64,000 bases of DNA from the IMG/VR virus record IMGVR_UViG_3300025112_006940, positions 12,547-76,546 of that record. One strand, given 5' to 3'. This document shows positions 28,604 through 39,455 of the stretch, in pieces. How positions within the stretch are numbered: the stretch's first letter is position 1; each line of letters begins with the position of its first letter. A model generated the notes under the pieces. That model was not told where the DNA came from and did not search any database. It worked only from the letters and a program-made list of their open reading frames with translations. Source of the DNA: a virus. A program made the position numbers and the translations under genes.

Positions 28604-28933
28604 ATGGTAGAAATTGTAATAATCATTTTAACAATTTATGGAATTTGCACATCATTTGCAATTTATAAAACCTTAGATAGAATCAATTATCTAGAGCTTA
28701 TATTTAGAAATATGCATGCTCAATTAGGAACATTTACAGTTTACTGCGAACAAGTTCTTAACACAAAAAGATATGCAAATGAACCAATGATCATTGGTTT
28801 TGTTGGGCAAATGAAAGAGCTCTATACGTATTTAAAATCTGTAGAAGATTTTTATACATTTGATATTGAGCTAAGTAATGATAACATTTCAATAGAGAAT
28901 TTAGATGAGCAAGAAGAAAGAAAACAAGCTTAA
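28604..28933 (+). CDS. Membrane-anchored hypothetical protein
   Basis: N-terminal hydrophobic helix. Confidence 0.65.
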   Translation: MVEIVIIILTIYGICTSFAIYKTLDRINYLELIFRNMHAQLGTFTVYCEQVLNTKRYANEPMIIGFVGQMKELYTYLKSVEDFYTFDIELSNDNISIENLDEQEERKQA

Positions 28934-29414
28934 GGAAATAGAATTATTTGATGGAAAAACACTGTCAGATTTATTTAAAGATGTTTTCGATAGATCGACA
29001 GAAGAAAGAGAAAAAGCATTAGAAATATACGACAATATTGCTGCAAGATTTCAAACTGATGATGATGTATTTATGATTGGCGATAAAGCTAATCCATACC
29101 TTAATGTTGCGCAAAAAGCTACAGATAACATTACAAAAATGTTATTAACTGCACAAAAAATGATTGAGATGACAAAGGTTGAAGAGGTTGAAGAGGGATT
29201 AAATAGCGAAGATATACTCACGCAACTCGATAAATTAAATGCAAACCCAGAAGAATTAGAAATGCGTAATAATGCCGATAGTTCAGAAAAAAATGAATCT
29301 TTTTTTGATATTGATATTGAGGAAAATATTCCAAAAAGAACGACTAGTGGTAATGCAGCCAAAAAATTTGAATTTGATTTAGGAAAGGATAAAGACTTAG
29401 AGCGCTTTAAATAA
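28905..29414 (+). CDS. Hypothetical protein
   Basis: ORF in operon (ELFDGKTLSDLFKD). Confidence 0.65.
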   Translation: MSKKKENKLKEIELFDGKTLSDLFKDVFDRSTEEREKALEIYDNIAARFQTDDDVFMIGDKANPYLNVAQKATDNITKMLLTAQKMIEMTKVEEVEEGLNSEDILTQLDKLNANPEELEMRNNADSSEKNESFFDIDIEENIPKRTTSGNAAKKFEFDLGKDKDLERFK

Positions 29415-29418
29415 ATTT

Positions 29419-29937
29419 ATGATATTAGGTTTGGATGTCTCAACAAATTCAACCGGTTATGCTGTTATCGATAAAGAAGGAAAATTGTTAAAATATGGCT
29501 TTATAGATACCTCTAAAGAAAAAGATTTTTTTGATAAAGCTAATATATTTGCTCTTCAGATGAAAAATTTGTCTGAAGAGTTTTGCTTTGAAAAAATAGC
29601 TATAGAAGAAATACTTGGAAAATTTTCTGGTGGTAGATCTAGTGCAAAGGTAATAATTGCGCTAGCTAGATTCAATGCATTGGTAAGCTATAAATGTTTT
29701 GAATATACTGAAATTAAACCTGTTCATATAAATGTATTAAGGGCAAGGAGTTTAGCATTAGGTCATAGTGTGCCAAGAGGTTTATCTAGTAAAGAATATG
29801 TATTAAAAAAAGTTATAGAATGGTATCCGGATATTATATTGCCAAAAATGAAAAGAAAAGATGCAATCGCGAAAAATGCTTATGATATCGCGGATGCTGT
29901 AGTTATCGGGAAGGCAATGATGAGATATGACGAATGA
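29419..29937 (+). CDS. RuvC-like Holliday junction resolvase
   Basis: ILGLDVST..TGYAV, IAIEE, DIADAVVIG. Confidence 0.88.
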   Translation: MILGLDVSTNSTGYAVIDKEGKLLKYGFIDTSKEKDFFDKANIFALQMKNLSEEFCFEKIAIEEILGKFSGGRSSAKVIIALARFNALVSYKCFEYTEIKPVHINVLRARSLALGHSVPRGLSSKEYVLKKVIEWYPDIILPKMKRKDAIAKNAYDIADAVVIGKAMMRYDE

Positions 29938-30889
29938 TGAAACTTTTGAATTATTACAAGATATATTAGGAAATGCAGAAACAGAGCCAGATAAAAATGG
30001 TGACTCTACATTTCAATGTCCAAATTGCGACCATCCAAAGCCACATTTAGTTGTGAACATAGATAAGGAATTATATCATTGTTGGATATGTGAATTCAGT
30101 GGAATAGGTCATAAATATTGCTTATCAAAGCTCGGCTTCTTTAAAGAGGCTAAACAATATTTTTCAAACCATAGAAAAACCTTAGCTGAGTTTAATCGTT
30201 CAACTATTTATCAATTAATGCATCCAGAGTATGCTAATTCTCCGCAAAATGAATGGAAATTAGCCATACCAAATGATTACATGCAATTGTATTTTAAGAA
30301 AAAAAAATCAAGTTATCATAATGCAAATGATTACTTAGCAACACGTGGATTAAATAGTGATGATATAATAAAATACAATATTCATTACAACCCAGAGCAA
30401 AGAAGAATATTAATACCATCTTATGATGCTAATTTCAAATTGAATTATTACATAACAAGAGCAATAGATGATTCATTTGTAAAATACACCAATCCAGACA
30501 TTCCAAAAACTGAATTTATATTTAATGAACATTTAATAAACTGGAATGAAAAGCTTCATATTTTTGAAGGAGTTTTTGATTCAATATTAAGTAGGAAAAA
30601 TTCAGTAGCATTATTAGGATCATCCTTAAAAGCAAACAATAAATTATTCCAAAAAATATTACAACATCAAACAAAAGTAATAATTGCATTAGATCCTGAT
30701 GCATTTCAAAAACAATCTAGAGTAGCAAAATTATTTTTTAAAAATGATATTCAAGTTGATATAGTAGATAGTAGAGAAAATGATAATGATATAGCAGATA
30801 TTGGAGAAGAAGGTTATAACAAATTGTTATCAAAAAAATTGATTAATTTTGGCTTAAGGGAAATTATTGCATCTAGATTAAATGAATAG
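29927..30889 (+). CDS. DNA primase (zinc finger + TOPRIM)
   Basis: CPNC...HCWIC, YLATRG, FEGVFD, ALDPDA, DIAD. Confidence 0.9.
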   Translation: MTNDETFELLQDILGNAETEPDKNGDSTFQCPNCDHPKPHLVVNIDKELYHCWICEFSGIGHKYCLSKLGFFKEAKQYFSNHRKTLAEFNRSTIYQLMHPEYANSPQNEWKLAIPNDYMQLYFKKKKSSYHNANDYLATRGLNSDDIIKYNIHYNPEQRRILIPSYDANFKLNYYITRAIDDSFVKYTNPDIPKTEFIFNEHLINWNEKLHIFEGVFDSILSRKNSVALLGSSLKANNKLFQKILQHQTKVIIALDPDAFQKQSRVAKLFFKNDIQVDIVDSRENDNDIADIGEEGYNKLLSKKLINFGLREIIASRLNE

Positions 30890-30898
30890 GAGAACATA

Positions 30899-33800
30899 TT
30901 GAAAATTGCCCATTGCGCAGATATTCATATACGTTTATTAAAAAGACATAGCGAATATAGCAAAGTATTTGATAATTTTCAGAGATCATTATTTGAAAAT
31001 GAAATTGATAGAATTGTTGTTGCAGGAGATTTATTTCATAATAAGGTAAGTTTATCACCAGAGGCAGTAAGATTAGGCAGGGATTTTTTACAAAAAATTG
31101 CTCAAGCTGCTCCTGTTGATATAATAGTAGGAAATCATGATTGTATAGTAAACCAGCCTAATAGACTAGATGCAATCACTCCAGTTTTAGATCATATAGA
31201 TGAATTAACACATTCTATAAATTTGTGGGAAAATAGTGGAATATTTAACATTGAAGATAACATAAATTATGGAATTTTTGCAATAAACGATGAAGATAAT
31301 TTTCCATACATAATTGATGATAAAAAAGATGATCAAATTTACATAGCATTATTTCATGGAGCTATAAACAAAGCAAAAACTGATGTTGAATATGCTTTAA
31401 AATCTAGATATAATGTTAATATGTTTGATAATTATGATTTTGCATTTTTAGGTGATATTCATAAAATGCAAGTTTTATCATACGATCGTGCAATGAATCC
31501 AAAAATAGCATATTCAGGTAGTCTTATACAACAAAATCATGGTGAAGTAATAGATAAAGGATATTTAATTTGGGATACAGAAGAATTATCAACTAAATTT
31601 GTAAAAGTAGAAAATGACTATGGTTTTTATACAATAAAGCTTAATGATATTGATGCTAATAATTTAACAAATTTAGCATTTGAAGGTGTTCCAAAAAAAC
31701 CATACATAAGAGTTCTTGTTGGCGGCTCTTCATATAATCAAGTTACATTAAATAACATAGCTTCGACTGTTAGAGAAATGTATAATCCATTATCACTTTC
31801 TGTTGAAGTAGATATGACTAGCGATAATGAAAATATTGATATAGAAGACTTAGAAATTGAAAATGTTACTCAATTATCAGTTCAACAAAAACTACTTAGA
31901 AATTGGTTTGATAATTCATCTTTAACAAAAACAGAAATTGATAATATACTTAGCATACATTCAGAAATATTTAATACTTCAATTGAAGTAGAAACAAAAA
32001 ATAGAGGAATAAATTGGAATGTTCATAGAATGAATTTTTCAAATACATTTTCTTATGGAGAGGATAATTCAATTGATTTTGATTCATTGGATGGGCTTGT
32101 AGGAATATTTGCACCGAACAGGGCTGGAAAATCTGCGCTCTTGGCTACATTGTTAAATGGTCTATTTAATATGTCAGATAGAGTATCTAGAAGCAATATC
32201 TCAGATCTTATAAATTCAAATGAAAGTAATGCTTCAATTGAAATATATTTTTCAGTTGATAATAGAAAATTTGTTATAATGAGAATTATTGAAAGAAGAC
32301 CAGATAATCCAAATAAGGGAAAAACTAAAATTGCATTATGGGAAATAATTGCTGGGCAAAGAATACCATTATCTGGAGATGCAAGAGTAAACGAAACTGA
32401 GCAAATGTTAAAAAATATGTTAGGTAGTTATTTAGACCATAGATTAACAACATTTGGAATGCAAAATGACCTATCCAGTTTTTTAGATCAAAATCAAGCT
32501 AGCAGAAAAGAGTCATTATCAAAATTTTTAGGACTTGATGTTATAGATCAATTATATTGGGCAATTAAGGCTGAAAATGATGGACTTAAAAAGTTGATAA
32601 AACAATACAAGGAGCATGATTTTAATGCAATACTTGATGGCTATATAAAGGAAAGAGATTCTATAGAAATAGAATTGGCAGATGCTAATAAGCTGAAAAA
32701 TAAGATATCAAAACAAATATCAAAAATAAATGAAAAAATAAATGAAAAAACTAAGCAAATTGAAAATGTAGATTATTCTAATGATGTAGATATTAAGGGC
32801 AAAATTCGTTCTTTAGAGATGCTTATAAAAAATGAGAAACAGCATATTATTGATAGCGAAAATGAAAAGAAGCAAATACAAAAATCTATAGACGATATTG
32901 AAAATGAATTAAATGATTTTGATGAATTATTACGCAGCAAAATTAAATCAAAATTAGTTGAAAATAAGGAAAAACATTTATTCATAATGAATAGCATAAT
33001 GTTGTTGAAAAAAGATTTAAAAAATGCTAAATCATTATCAGAAATTCTTGAAAAACATGATTGGTTTGAAAAAAATGATTATTGCAAAAAATGTTCATTT
33101 TTATCTGAGGCCTTTATTGCTAAAAATTCATTAGACAATTTTTTATTGCAAATTGAAGAAAAGAATAAGGAAGCAATTGAAGTAAATGAAAAAATAGAAA
33201 AGGCACAAATTATTGAATCTGAATTTGAAATATTGGAAACAAAACTTCATGATCAAAAAAGATTAGCATCCACTTTAGATTTATTAGAATTAAGATTGAA
33301 AAATGATAAACAAAATGCAGAGTATACTATAAAAGAACTGGACGATGCCAAACAATTATTAAAACTATACGAAAAAAATGAAGCAACAATTGAAAAAAAT
33401 GAAAGATTAGAAAATGAAATCGCGAAGCAAAGAAAAGATCTAAATACATTTTCAGACCAAAGCAATGGAATTGACAATTTCATAAATAAGCGAAATGTTG
33501 AATTAGGTGGAATAAAACAAAAAATTGACGATCTTGGAAATTCCATGCAGCATTTAACTGAAATTGAAGAAACATTTAGATTGTCATCAATGTTACAAAA
33601 TGCATTATCAAAAGACGGTATTCAATTACAGATCATAAAAAAAGTTATCCCAAGAATTAATATGGAGCTTAGGAAAATACTTTCAAATGTTACTGACTTT
33701 GATATTATACTTGAAATTGATGATGAATCAAGAGATATAGGAATTTATATAGACGATGGAAATAGTAAGAGGTCATTAGATCTTGGTTCCGGAATGGAAA

Positions 33801-34066
33801 AATCAACAGGGTCAATAGCAATAAGGGCTGCTATAGCAAATATATCATTAATCCCCAGATGTAATTTATTTATTATAGATGAAGGATTCGGTACATTAGA
33901 TTCTGATAATTTAAATAACATGAATATGCTGCTTGGCTACCTTAAATCAATTTTTAAAACAGTTATTATAATATCTCATATTTCTGAGATGCAAGATATA
34001 GTTGATCATATCATAACAATGGAAAGGGATGAAAATGGGTATTCGAAAATTAAGTTCGGCAATTGA
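30899..34066 (+). CDS. Fused SbcD/Mre11 nuclease and SbcC/Rad50 ATPase
   Basis: ADIH, AGDLFH, GNHD, LGDIH; Walker A APNRAGKS, CKKC hook, GSGME signature, IIDEGFG, IISH. Confidence 0.92.
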   Translation: MKIAHCADIHIRLLKRHSEYSKVFDNFQRSLFENEIDRIVVAGDLFHNKVSLSPEAVRLGRDFLQKIAQAAPVDIIVGNHDCIVNQPNRLDAITPVLDHIDELTHSINLWENSGIFNIEDNINYGIFAINDEDNFPYIIDDKKDDQIYIALFHGAINKAKTDVEYALKSRYNVNMFDNYDFAFLGDIHKMQVLSYDRAMNPKIAYSGSLIQQNHGEVIDKGYLIWDTEELSTKFVKVENDYGFYTIKLNDIDANNLTNLAFEGVPKKPYIRVLVGGSSYNQVTLNNIASTVREMYNPLSLSVEVDMTSDNENIDIEDLEIENVTQLSVQQKLLRNWFDNSSLTKTEIDNILSIHSEIFNTSIEVETKNRGINWNVHRMNFSNTFSYGEDNSIDFDSLDGLVGIFAPNRAGKSALLATLLNGLFNMSDRVSRSNISDLINSNESNASIEIYFSVDNRKFVIMRIIERRPDNPNKGKTKIALWEIIAGQRIPLSGDARVNETEQMLKNMLGSYLDHRLTTFGMQNDLSSFLDQNQASRKESLSKFLGLDVIDQLYWAIKAENDGLKKLIKQYKEHDFNAILDGYIKERDSIEIELADANKLKNKISKQISKINEKINEKTKQIENVDYSNDVDIKGKIRSLEMLIKNEKQHIIDSENEKKQIQKSIDDIENELNDFDELLRSKIKSKLVENKEKHLFIMNSIMLLKKDLKNAKSLSEILEKHDWFEKNDYCKKCSFLSEAFIAKNSLDNFLLQIEEKNKEAIEVNEKIEKAQIIESEFEILETKLHDQKRLASTLDLLELRLKNDKQNAEYTIKELDDAKQLLKLYEKNEATIEKNERLENEIAKQRKDLNTFSDQSNGIDNFINKRNVELGGIKQKIDDLGNSMQHLTEIEETFRLSSMLQNALSKDGIQLQIIKKVIPRINMELRKILSNVTDFDIILEIDDESRDIGIYIDDGNSKRSLDLGSGMEKSTGSIAIRAAIANISLIPRCNLFIIDEGFGTLDSDNLNNMNMLLGYLKSIFKTVIIISHISEMQDIVDHIITMERDENGYSKIKFGN

Positions 34067-34334
34067 AGTAAAGGTAAAACAACTATCACTTAAAGATGGT
34101 GATATTTTGCATATAGATAATACAGATCAAAAATTGTCATCTTCAGAATTACAAAGCATAACAAATGGTGTTAATGCGTTACTCAAAGATATTTATAAAG
34201 ATAAAGTTAAAATAGGCCTTATTGTAACAAGCAATGGTGAATACAAAGTTGACAGAGCAGATAAGATGCTCAGAGATAAAGGTTGGCGAAAAGTAGGAAG
34301 TCCAAATAAAATGGATTTAATATAGAGAAAAATA

Positions 34335-34871
34335 ATGGGTTTGATGGATATAGTCAAAGGAGCTGGAAATGTTTTATCAGGTGGCCTTGGTGGATTAGCA
34401 GAATCAGTTGTTGATGTTGTAGCTGGCCAATTTCCTGATAAAATGAGTGAAGCTGAAAAGGCGCAACTTACAGCAAAAATTAAAGAAATTGAGCATAAGA
34501 AAGAAATTGAATTAATGCAAGCTTGGAATGAACAAGAAAAAGGCTTTCAACAATTCATAAATGAACATGAAGGATCTGCTAGCGATTTAAAAGCTTTGCC
34601 AGTGCTTGGTCCTATCATGATCTTTTTAAGGGGTGCATTCAGACCTCTCATGGCATTTGGTGTGATGATAACTGACTTGTGTGTATTTTCAGGTCAATGG
34701 AATATTGCAGTGTTAGCTGGATCTGCTTTGGCGCCACAAGTTATGTCGTTGTTATGGATCATAAATATTTGTGTTTTGACATTTTATTTTGGGGAAAGAG
34801 CTATGAAGAATGTTGGCCCATTAGTTGAAAGAATAATTGAAAAATCAATCTTGTCTAAAGATGCTAAATAG
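34335..34871 (+). CDS. Putative holin (3TM/GTA-type)
   Basis: LRGAFRP, TM helices, FYFGER. Confidence 0.75.
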   Translation: MGLMDIVKGAGNVLSGGLGGLAESVVDVVAGQFPDKMSEAEKAQLTAKIKEIEHKKEIELMQAWNEQEKGFQQFINEHEGSASDLKALPVLGPIMIFLRGAFRPLMAFGVMITDLCVFSGQWNIAVLAGSALAPQVMSLLWIINICVLTFYFGERAMKNVGPLVERIIEKSILSKDAK

Positions 34872-35012
34872 AAGTTTAACACTACTATATAAAGGTGAGA
34901 GTATGAAATTATTTTATGCGTTTAAAGAATGTGTTAACATTCCAGTTCATCTTATAGATAATGTTAAAAACTTAGCACCATTTATTGAAAAGATGTTTAT
35001 GGGGAAATAGTA

Positions 35013-35369
35013 ATGAAGTTATCAGAAGCAACAGAACCAAAACCAACGTTTAAAAGTCTTATAAGCAGAATGCAAATTTTTAAACAAAACTATAGCAATG
35101 CTTTTAATGCATATAACTACAATAAAAGTACTGCTTATACTGAACTTGTAGTATTAAAAAAAGAATTAACTAAATTTGCAAAAGATAATAAAAAGAATCC
35201 AGAAGTATCACAAAAACTTCATTCACAAATAAAAGAAGTTATTAAATATTTTACTGGAAGAATAAAAGAACTTGATGTTCGTTATAAAGAGCAAAAAGAA
35301 AGAGAAAAAAATTTGAAACAACATGGTCGCTCATCTAGTTACTTAGATAATAAACTGAGGGCAAGATAA
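35013..35369 (+). CDS. Small protein with MKLSEA leader
   Basis: Leader family. Confidence 0.6.
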   Translation: MKLSEATEPKPTFKSLISRMQIFKQNYSNAFNAYNYNKSTAYTELVVLKKELTKFAKDNKKNPEVSQKLHSQIKEVIKYFTGRIKELDVRYKEQKEREKNLKQHGRSSSYLDNKLRAR

Positions 35370-35740
35370 TGAATCAAGAACTGAAAAGAACAATCATATT
35401 ATCATACAATAAGAGTGACAAAAATAAGGCTAAATTCTTAAAATTGCTGGCAAGAGAAACAGGCCTTACGAAAAGGGGAATGTCAAGAGGTCCTGTTGCT
35501 GATATGATATCTACATTTGTGTTTAATGAGGGTAAAGGAATGGAATTAAAAGAAGCACAAGGTAAAGATTCTATGAAATTAGCATATTCAGGATTGAAAC
35601 AAATAAATCAAGCAATTCAAATAATTAGGTATCAATCTAAAGGTGGTGGTGATAGAGCTCTTGGCGAATACGCTTCTGAATTAGCTGAACATGCAGAAGC
35701 GCTTGACATGTTATTTCAAAATGCTGAAGATATAATGTAA
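35369..35740 (+). CDS. Hypothetical protein
   Basis: Coupled ORF. Confidence 0.55.
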   Translation: MNQELKRTIILSYNKSDKNKAKFLKLLARETGLTKRGMSRGPVADMISTFVFNEGKGMELKEAQGKDSMKLAYSGLKQINQAIQIIRYQSKGGGDRALGEYASELAEHAEALDMLFQNAEDIM

Positions 35741-35749
35741 GGAAAATAT

Positions 35750-36238
35750 ATGAATTTACTTGTTGAAAGATTTTCCGATAATGGCGATAGCACGCTTGGA
35801 ATATTATATGAAAAAGTTCCAGGATATAAAAGATTTGAAAAAAAGCTATTAGCATTTACAATTGAAGATGAAAAAAGAACACAAAAAGTTTTTGGAGAAA
35901 CAAGAATACCTGAAGGTATTTATGACATAAAATTAAGAACTGAAGGTGGTTTTCATAAAAGGTATGCAGCAAAATATGGAGATATGCATGTAGGAATGTT
36001 ATGGTTACAAGATGTTCCTAATTTTGAATATGTATTAATTCATACTGGAAATGATGATGATGATACAGCAGGTTGTTTATTGGTAGGGGATAAGAGTGCG
36101 CAAAATGTTACAAAACCCGGTGCAGTAGAAATTTCAGTAGGCGCATATAAGAGAATCTATCCACCAATTGCTGAAGCAATTTATAATGGCGAAAATGTTA
36201 CGATTGAATACGTAGATTCAACTATTCATTTTTTCTAA
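35750..36238 (+). CDS. DUF5675 family, putative endolysin/L,D-peptidase
   Basis: STLG.L, TIED, RIPEGIY, LIHTGN..DDTAGCLLVG. Confidence 0.8.
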   Translation: MNLLVERFSDNGDSTLGILYEKVPGYKRFEKKLLAFTIEDEKRTQKVFGETRIPEGIYDIKLRTEGGFHKRYAAKYGDMHVGMLWLQDVPNFEYVLIHTGNDDDDTAGCLLVGDKSAQNVTKPGAVEISVGAYKRIYPPIAEAIYNGENVTIEYVDSTIHFF

Positions 36239-36279
36239 TTTACCAGCAAAGCAAATCTGTTAAAACAATATTATAGAGA

Positions 36280-36287
36280 ATATTTAT
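36280..36287 (+). promoter_or_regulatory. Putative late promoter ATATTTAT
   Basis: Intergenic, upstream of a structural-like gene. Confidence 0.55.
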
Positions 36288-36324
36288 TTAAAATAAAAGT
36301 CTTTAATAGATTTGGAGGAAATGA

Positions 36325-37260
36325 ATGGCTTTAAAGAGTAGTGAATTAGTATTATTAGGGCCACCAACAATTTTTGGTGGTGATGTTGCCGATAGAGCGA
36401 CTAGCGGTGATTTTGAAGGAACATTTGCTTCTGAACAAGTTTTTACTGGTTGGACGGCTGGCACTTCAATTTCTGGTTTATCAACAACTGACTTTCAAGC
36501 GGGAGCAAGTGCTCAAATTGTTGCATTTCCAAAATCTGGTGCAGCAGTAACCGCCGCTGAAGGTCATTCATTCGCGCAACAATTAGCAGGTTTAGATACA
36601 GATAATGATTATGGATTAACTGCCTATGTAAAAGTGACAGCGCCAACACATCCTGCTGGACCTGTATACGTAAGAGTAGGACCTAATTCTGGTGGTGATT
36701 CTTTTCAAGCTTCTGCAACTGCGGCTGGTGGAGCAACAGCAGATTATCAATTAATAGAATTAACATGGTCAAATACTGCAGCAAGTCCTTGGGTATTTTT
36801 TGCAAGTGATGAAGATGGAACAACAGCGCAAATAGACAGCATCGTTATAAGATCAGCTTCAGCATCAACAATGGATGCAAATACAGCATCTCCAGGCTAT
36901 TTGCTTTCAACTCCAAGTTGGACAATTACTGTGCCTAATGGAATTGATACTCCAGCTTCTGGTGTACCTTATAGAGTAGAAGTTAATAATGCAAATCCAC
37001 ATGATCCAAATAAAAAGGATCATTATGTTAATCCGCAAATGTATGCATTAAAATCATTTAATAAGCAACAAGTTCAAGCTGCTGCATCTGCTTCTAATTT
37101 TGAATCAAGGTGGATTAATTTAGGCGATATGACTACATCTGCATATGTTGGTGTAGGAACTTATAGATATGTTAGAATTGTAAATGCTGGTGGATTTACT
37201 GGGGCATCATCTGCATTTGAAGGACATTTATGGACGCAACATAAAGCACCAATGATATAA
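36325..37260 (+). CDS. Putative virion protein with carbohydrate-binding-like beta domain
   Basis: Ala/Ser/Thr/Gly-rich; GDFEG...W...IDSIVI pattern; GGAGG SD. Confidence 0.6.
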   Translation: MALKSSELVLLGPPTIFGGDVADRATSGDFEGTFASEQVFTGWTAGTSISGLSTTDFQAGASAQIVAFPKSGAAVTAAEGHSFAQQLAGLDTDNDYGLTAYVKVTAPTHPAGPVYVRVGPNSGGDSFQASATAAGGATADYQLIELTWSNTAASPWVFFASDEDGTTAQIDSIVIRSASASTMDANTASPGYLLSTPSWTITVPNGIDTPASGVPYRVEVNNANPHDPNKKDHYVNPQMYALKSFNKQQVQAAASASNFESRWINLGDMTTSAYVGVGTYRYVRIVNAGGFTGASSAFEGHLWTQHKAPMI

Positions 37261-37270
37261 GGGGGGAATA

Positions 37271-37516
37271 ATGAAAATTAAAAAATCAGAAATTAAAGAG
37301 CTTGTAAAAGAAGTATTGGAAGAAGAAGGCGGCGGCAATACTGATGAACTTCGTAAAAAATATAAAAATAAATTAAGATTAGCCTTACGTTCTACAGATC
37401 AATTGTTTAGACTATGGGCATATGCAGAAGACGAAGATAAAATTGGTAAATGGTCTCATTTACTAACTAATCTTGATAGAGGTTGGTATAAAATATTTGG
37501 TGATAACTTAAGATAG
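37271..37516 (+). CDS. Small protein with MKIKKSEIKELVKEVLEE leader
   Basis: Leader family. Confidence 0.65.
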   Translation: MKIKKSEIKELVKEVLEEEGGGNTDELRKKYKNKLRLALRSTDQLFRLWAYAEDEDKIGKWSHLLTNLDRGWYKIFGDNLR

Positions 37517-37524
37517 GAGGCTTA

Positions 37525-37869
37525 ATGCCTGAAGAAGAATCAGAATTATATAATCCATCTAAACATGTTGGAAGGCATCCTGAAACAGGAATACCTTTAG
37601 TAAGGGCAAGACATAAATACAAAAAACCAAAAAGTGCTAGAGGAAAAGATTTAAAAAATGAAGGTTATAAACCTTTGAATCCTTGGTTTTGCCCAATGAA
37701 AGATCCTGATACAAAGGAAGTTTGTGGTAAAATGATGTCTAATTGGGATGATATGTTTTACAATTCATATGGAATGTGTCAAGATTGTGCCCAAAAGTAT
37801 AATCCACATTTATTTGGAAATTTAAAGGATGTTCCAAAGGTTGAAGTTGTGGGGCCTAAGGAAGTTTAA
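37525..37869 (+). CDS. Zinc-finger hypothetical protein
   Basis: CP...C...CQDC; AGGAGG SD. Confidence 0.65.
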   Translation: MPEEESELYNPSKHVGRHPETGIPLVRARHKYKKPKSARGKDLKNEGYKPLNPWFCPMKDPDTKEVCGKMMSNWDDMFYNSYGMCQDCAQKYNPHLFGNLKDVPKVEVVGPKEV

Positions 37870-37884
37870 AATAGAGAAAAGATA

Positions 37885-38119
37885 ATGAAAATAAAAAATT
37901 TAGCTGAAGCAGAAAGTAGAGTATATAATGCTGTTGTTCATGCAACAGGCCAAAGCTCAAGCCCAGAAACAAGGGAAATAACAAGCTATTAAGGAACGTG
38001 TTTCTAAAAGCAAAAATGTTCTTTCTGCACTTACTTATATAATTAAAAAATATTCTCGAAATGAAAGAATGTTTTCAAGTTTAGCTTATGCAGTATTAAC
38101 TGCATTTTCAGAAAAATAA
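37885..38119 (+). pseudogene. Frameshifted leader-family gene (MKIKNLAEAE)
   Basis: Extra base near 37980; downstream frame open to 38119. Confidence 0.45.
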
Positions 38120-38183
38120 TTTCATGTATTAAAAATGCAATAATTTTTATTATAATATTTTGTAAGTAGCAAAGGGGAATAAA

Positions 38184-38435
38184 ATGAAATTAAAAGAGGC
38201 CGCATATACAGAAAAAGAAATGTTGGCGATAGCTAGAAGTGAAAGTAAAGGCGGAAAAACTCTCAAAATAAAAAATACTTTTGCTACTGAAGATGATGAT
38301 GAAGGAATGCCATCAGTAGTAGATTCAAATACTGGAGAAATTGTTTTTATAGAAGATGATCCGTTTTTTCGTAGGCAATTTCCATCAATAAAAACTGCCA
38401 AACAATTCATAAGTAATGTTAGAAAGAAAAGATAA
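38184..38435 (+). CDS. Small protein with MKLKEA leader
   Basis: Leader family. Confidence 0.6.
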   Translation: MKLKEAAYTEKEMLAIARSESKGGKTLKIKNTFATEDDDEGMPSVVDSNTGEIVFIEDDPFFRRQFPSIKTAKQFISNVRKKR

Positions 38436-38457
38436 GAGGATTAATTGGAGATAACAA

Positions 38458-38844
38458 ATGAGTGAAGTTTATCAAACTTCTCCTAATAGAGTTGAGGATC
38501 ATAGAGTTCATAATGCTATTGAATGTTTAGCTAATTTTGTTGAAATGATTCCAGAAGTTCATATTGGGTTTGAAGATGGAATATTCTTTTTAGATACACA
38601 AAGATATGGCGCTGTTAATGATTTAAGTATTCATGCTGATTTACAAAATGAATTAGATTTAACTGCTAAAAATGCAGAAAAATATCTTAAGGATGATGGA
38701 TTTTCAGGTGTTAAGGTTACACCTGTTAGTTTTGAAGTAACACCAATGGGTTGGGGCTCAGGAGTTCATAATTCTACTGGCACGGCTGGAAGACAACTTC
38801 TTTATACTGCTCGTGGAACATATGAATTTACGGCCAATCCATAA
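38458..38844 (+). CDS. Hypothetical protein
   Basis: GGAG SD. Confidence 0.65.
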   Translation: MSEVYQTSPNRVEDHRVHNAIECLANFVEMIPEVHIGFEDGIFFLDTQRYGAVNDLSIHADLQNELDLTAKNAEKYLKDDGFSGVKVTPVSFEVTPMGWGSGVHNSTGTAGRQLLYTARGTYEFTANP

Positions 38845-38856
38845 CAGAGATAAGAA

Positions 38857-39159
38857 ATGGATAAGCTATTATTAAATGCTATAGCAATGATGTTTAAAAT
38901 ATTAAGAATTCCAGGAAAAGAATATTTGATCAATCAGATCTATCAAAAAATTCATCCTATTATTAGTCCATTATTAGAGAACAAAGGAATGAAGTTAAAA
39001 GAAGCTATAACAATTGATGTTAAGATTGGTGATACAATTCTTACAGGAAAATTCAAAAATAAAAAAACAGTAATAAAGTCAATAACAAAAGATGAGCATG
39101 GAATGCCAGTTATCAATGACAGGAAAGCTACTACATTTAGAATTTTTAAAGAGAAATAG
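38857..39159 (+). CDS. Hypothetical protein (internal MKLKEA start at 38989)
   Basis: ORF with internal leader motif. Confidence 0.5.
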   Translation: MDKLLLNAIAMMFKILRIPGKEYLINQIYQKIHPIISPLLENKGMKLKEAITIDVKIGDTILTGKFKNKKTVIKSITKDEHGMPVINDRKATTFRIFKEK

Positions 39160-39160
39160 C

Positions 39161-39400
39161 ATGAAGATTAAAAAATCAGATATCAAAAATATCATAAGAG
39201 AGGTATTGGAAGAAGAAGAAGCTGAAGAATGGGGTGTATATAGTAGAGGTGGCTCTGTTGGCAGCAAAAATGATGGTTCACCAATAGCAACAGGCACAAA
39301 AGAAGATATGAAAGCAAAAGCAAGAAGAATGACAAAATCATTAAGTCCAGGTGAACGCAAATATTATAAAATGGGTTATTCTGCTAGAATAGTTAAATAG
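39161..39400 (+). CDS. Small protein with MKIKKSDIKNIIREVLEE leader
   Basis: Leader family. Confidence 0.65.
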   Translation: MKIKKSDIKNIIREVLEEEEAEEWGVYSRGGSVGSKNDGSPIATGTKEDMKAKARRMTKSLSPGERKYYKMGYSARIVK

Positions 39401-39420
39401 GAAAATTTTGCTCTTTAATT

Positions 39421-39455
39421 TTGACTTTTCGTGGAAAATACTTCCGGATCTAAAT
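39421..39455 (+). repeat. 35-bp dispersed repeat, copy 2
   Basis: Matches 3876-3910. Confidence 0.9.
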
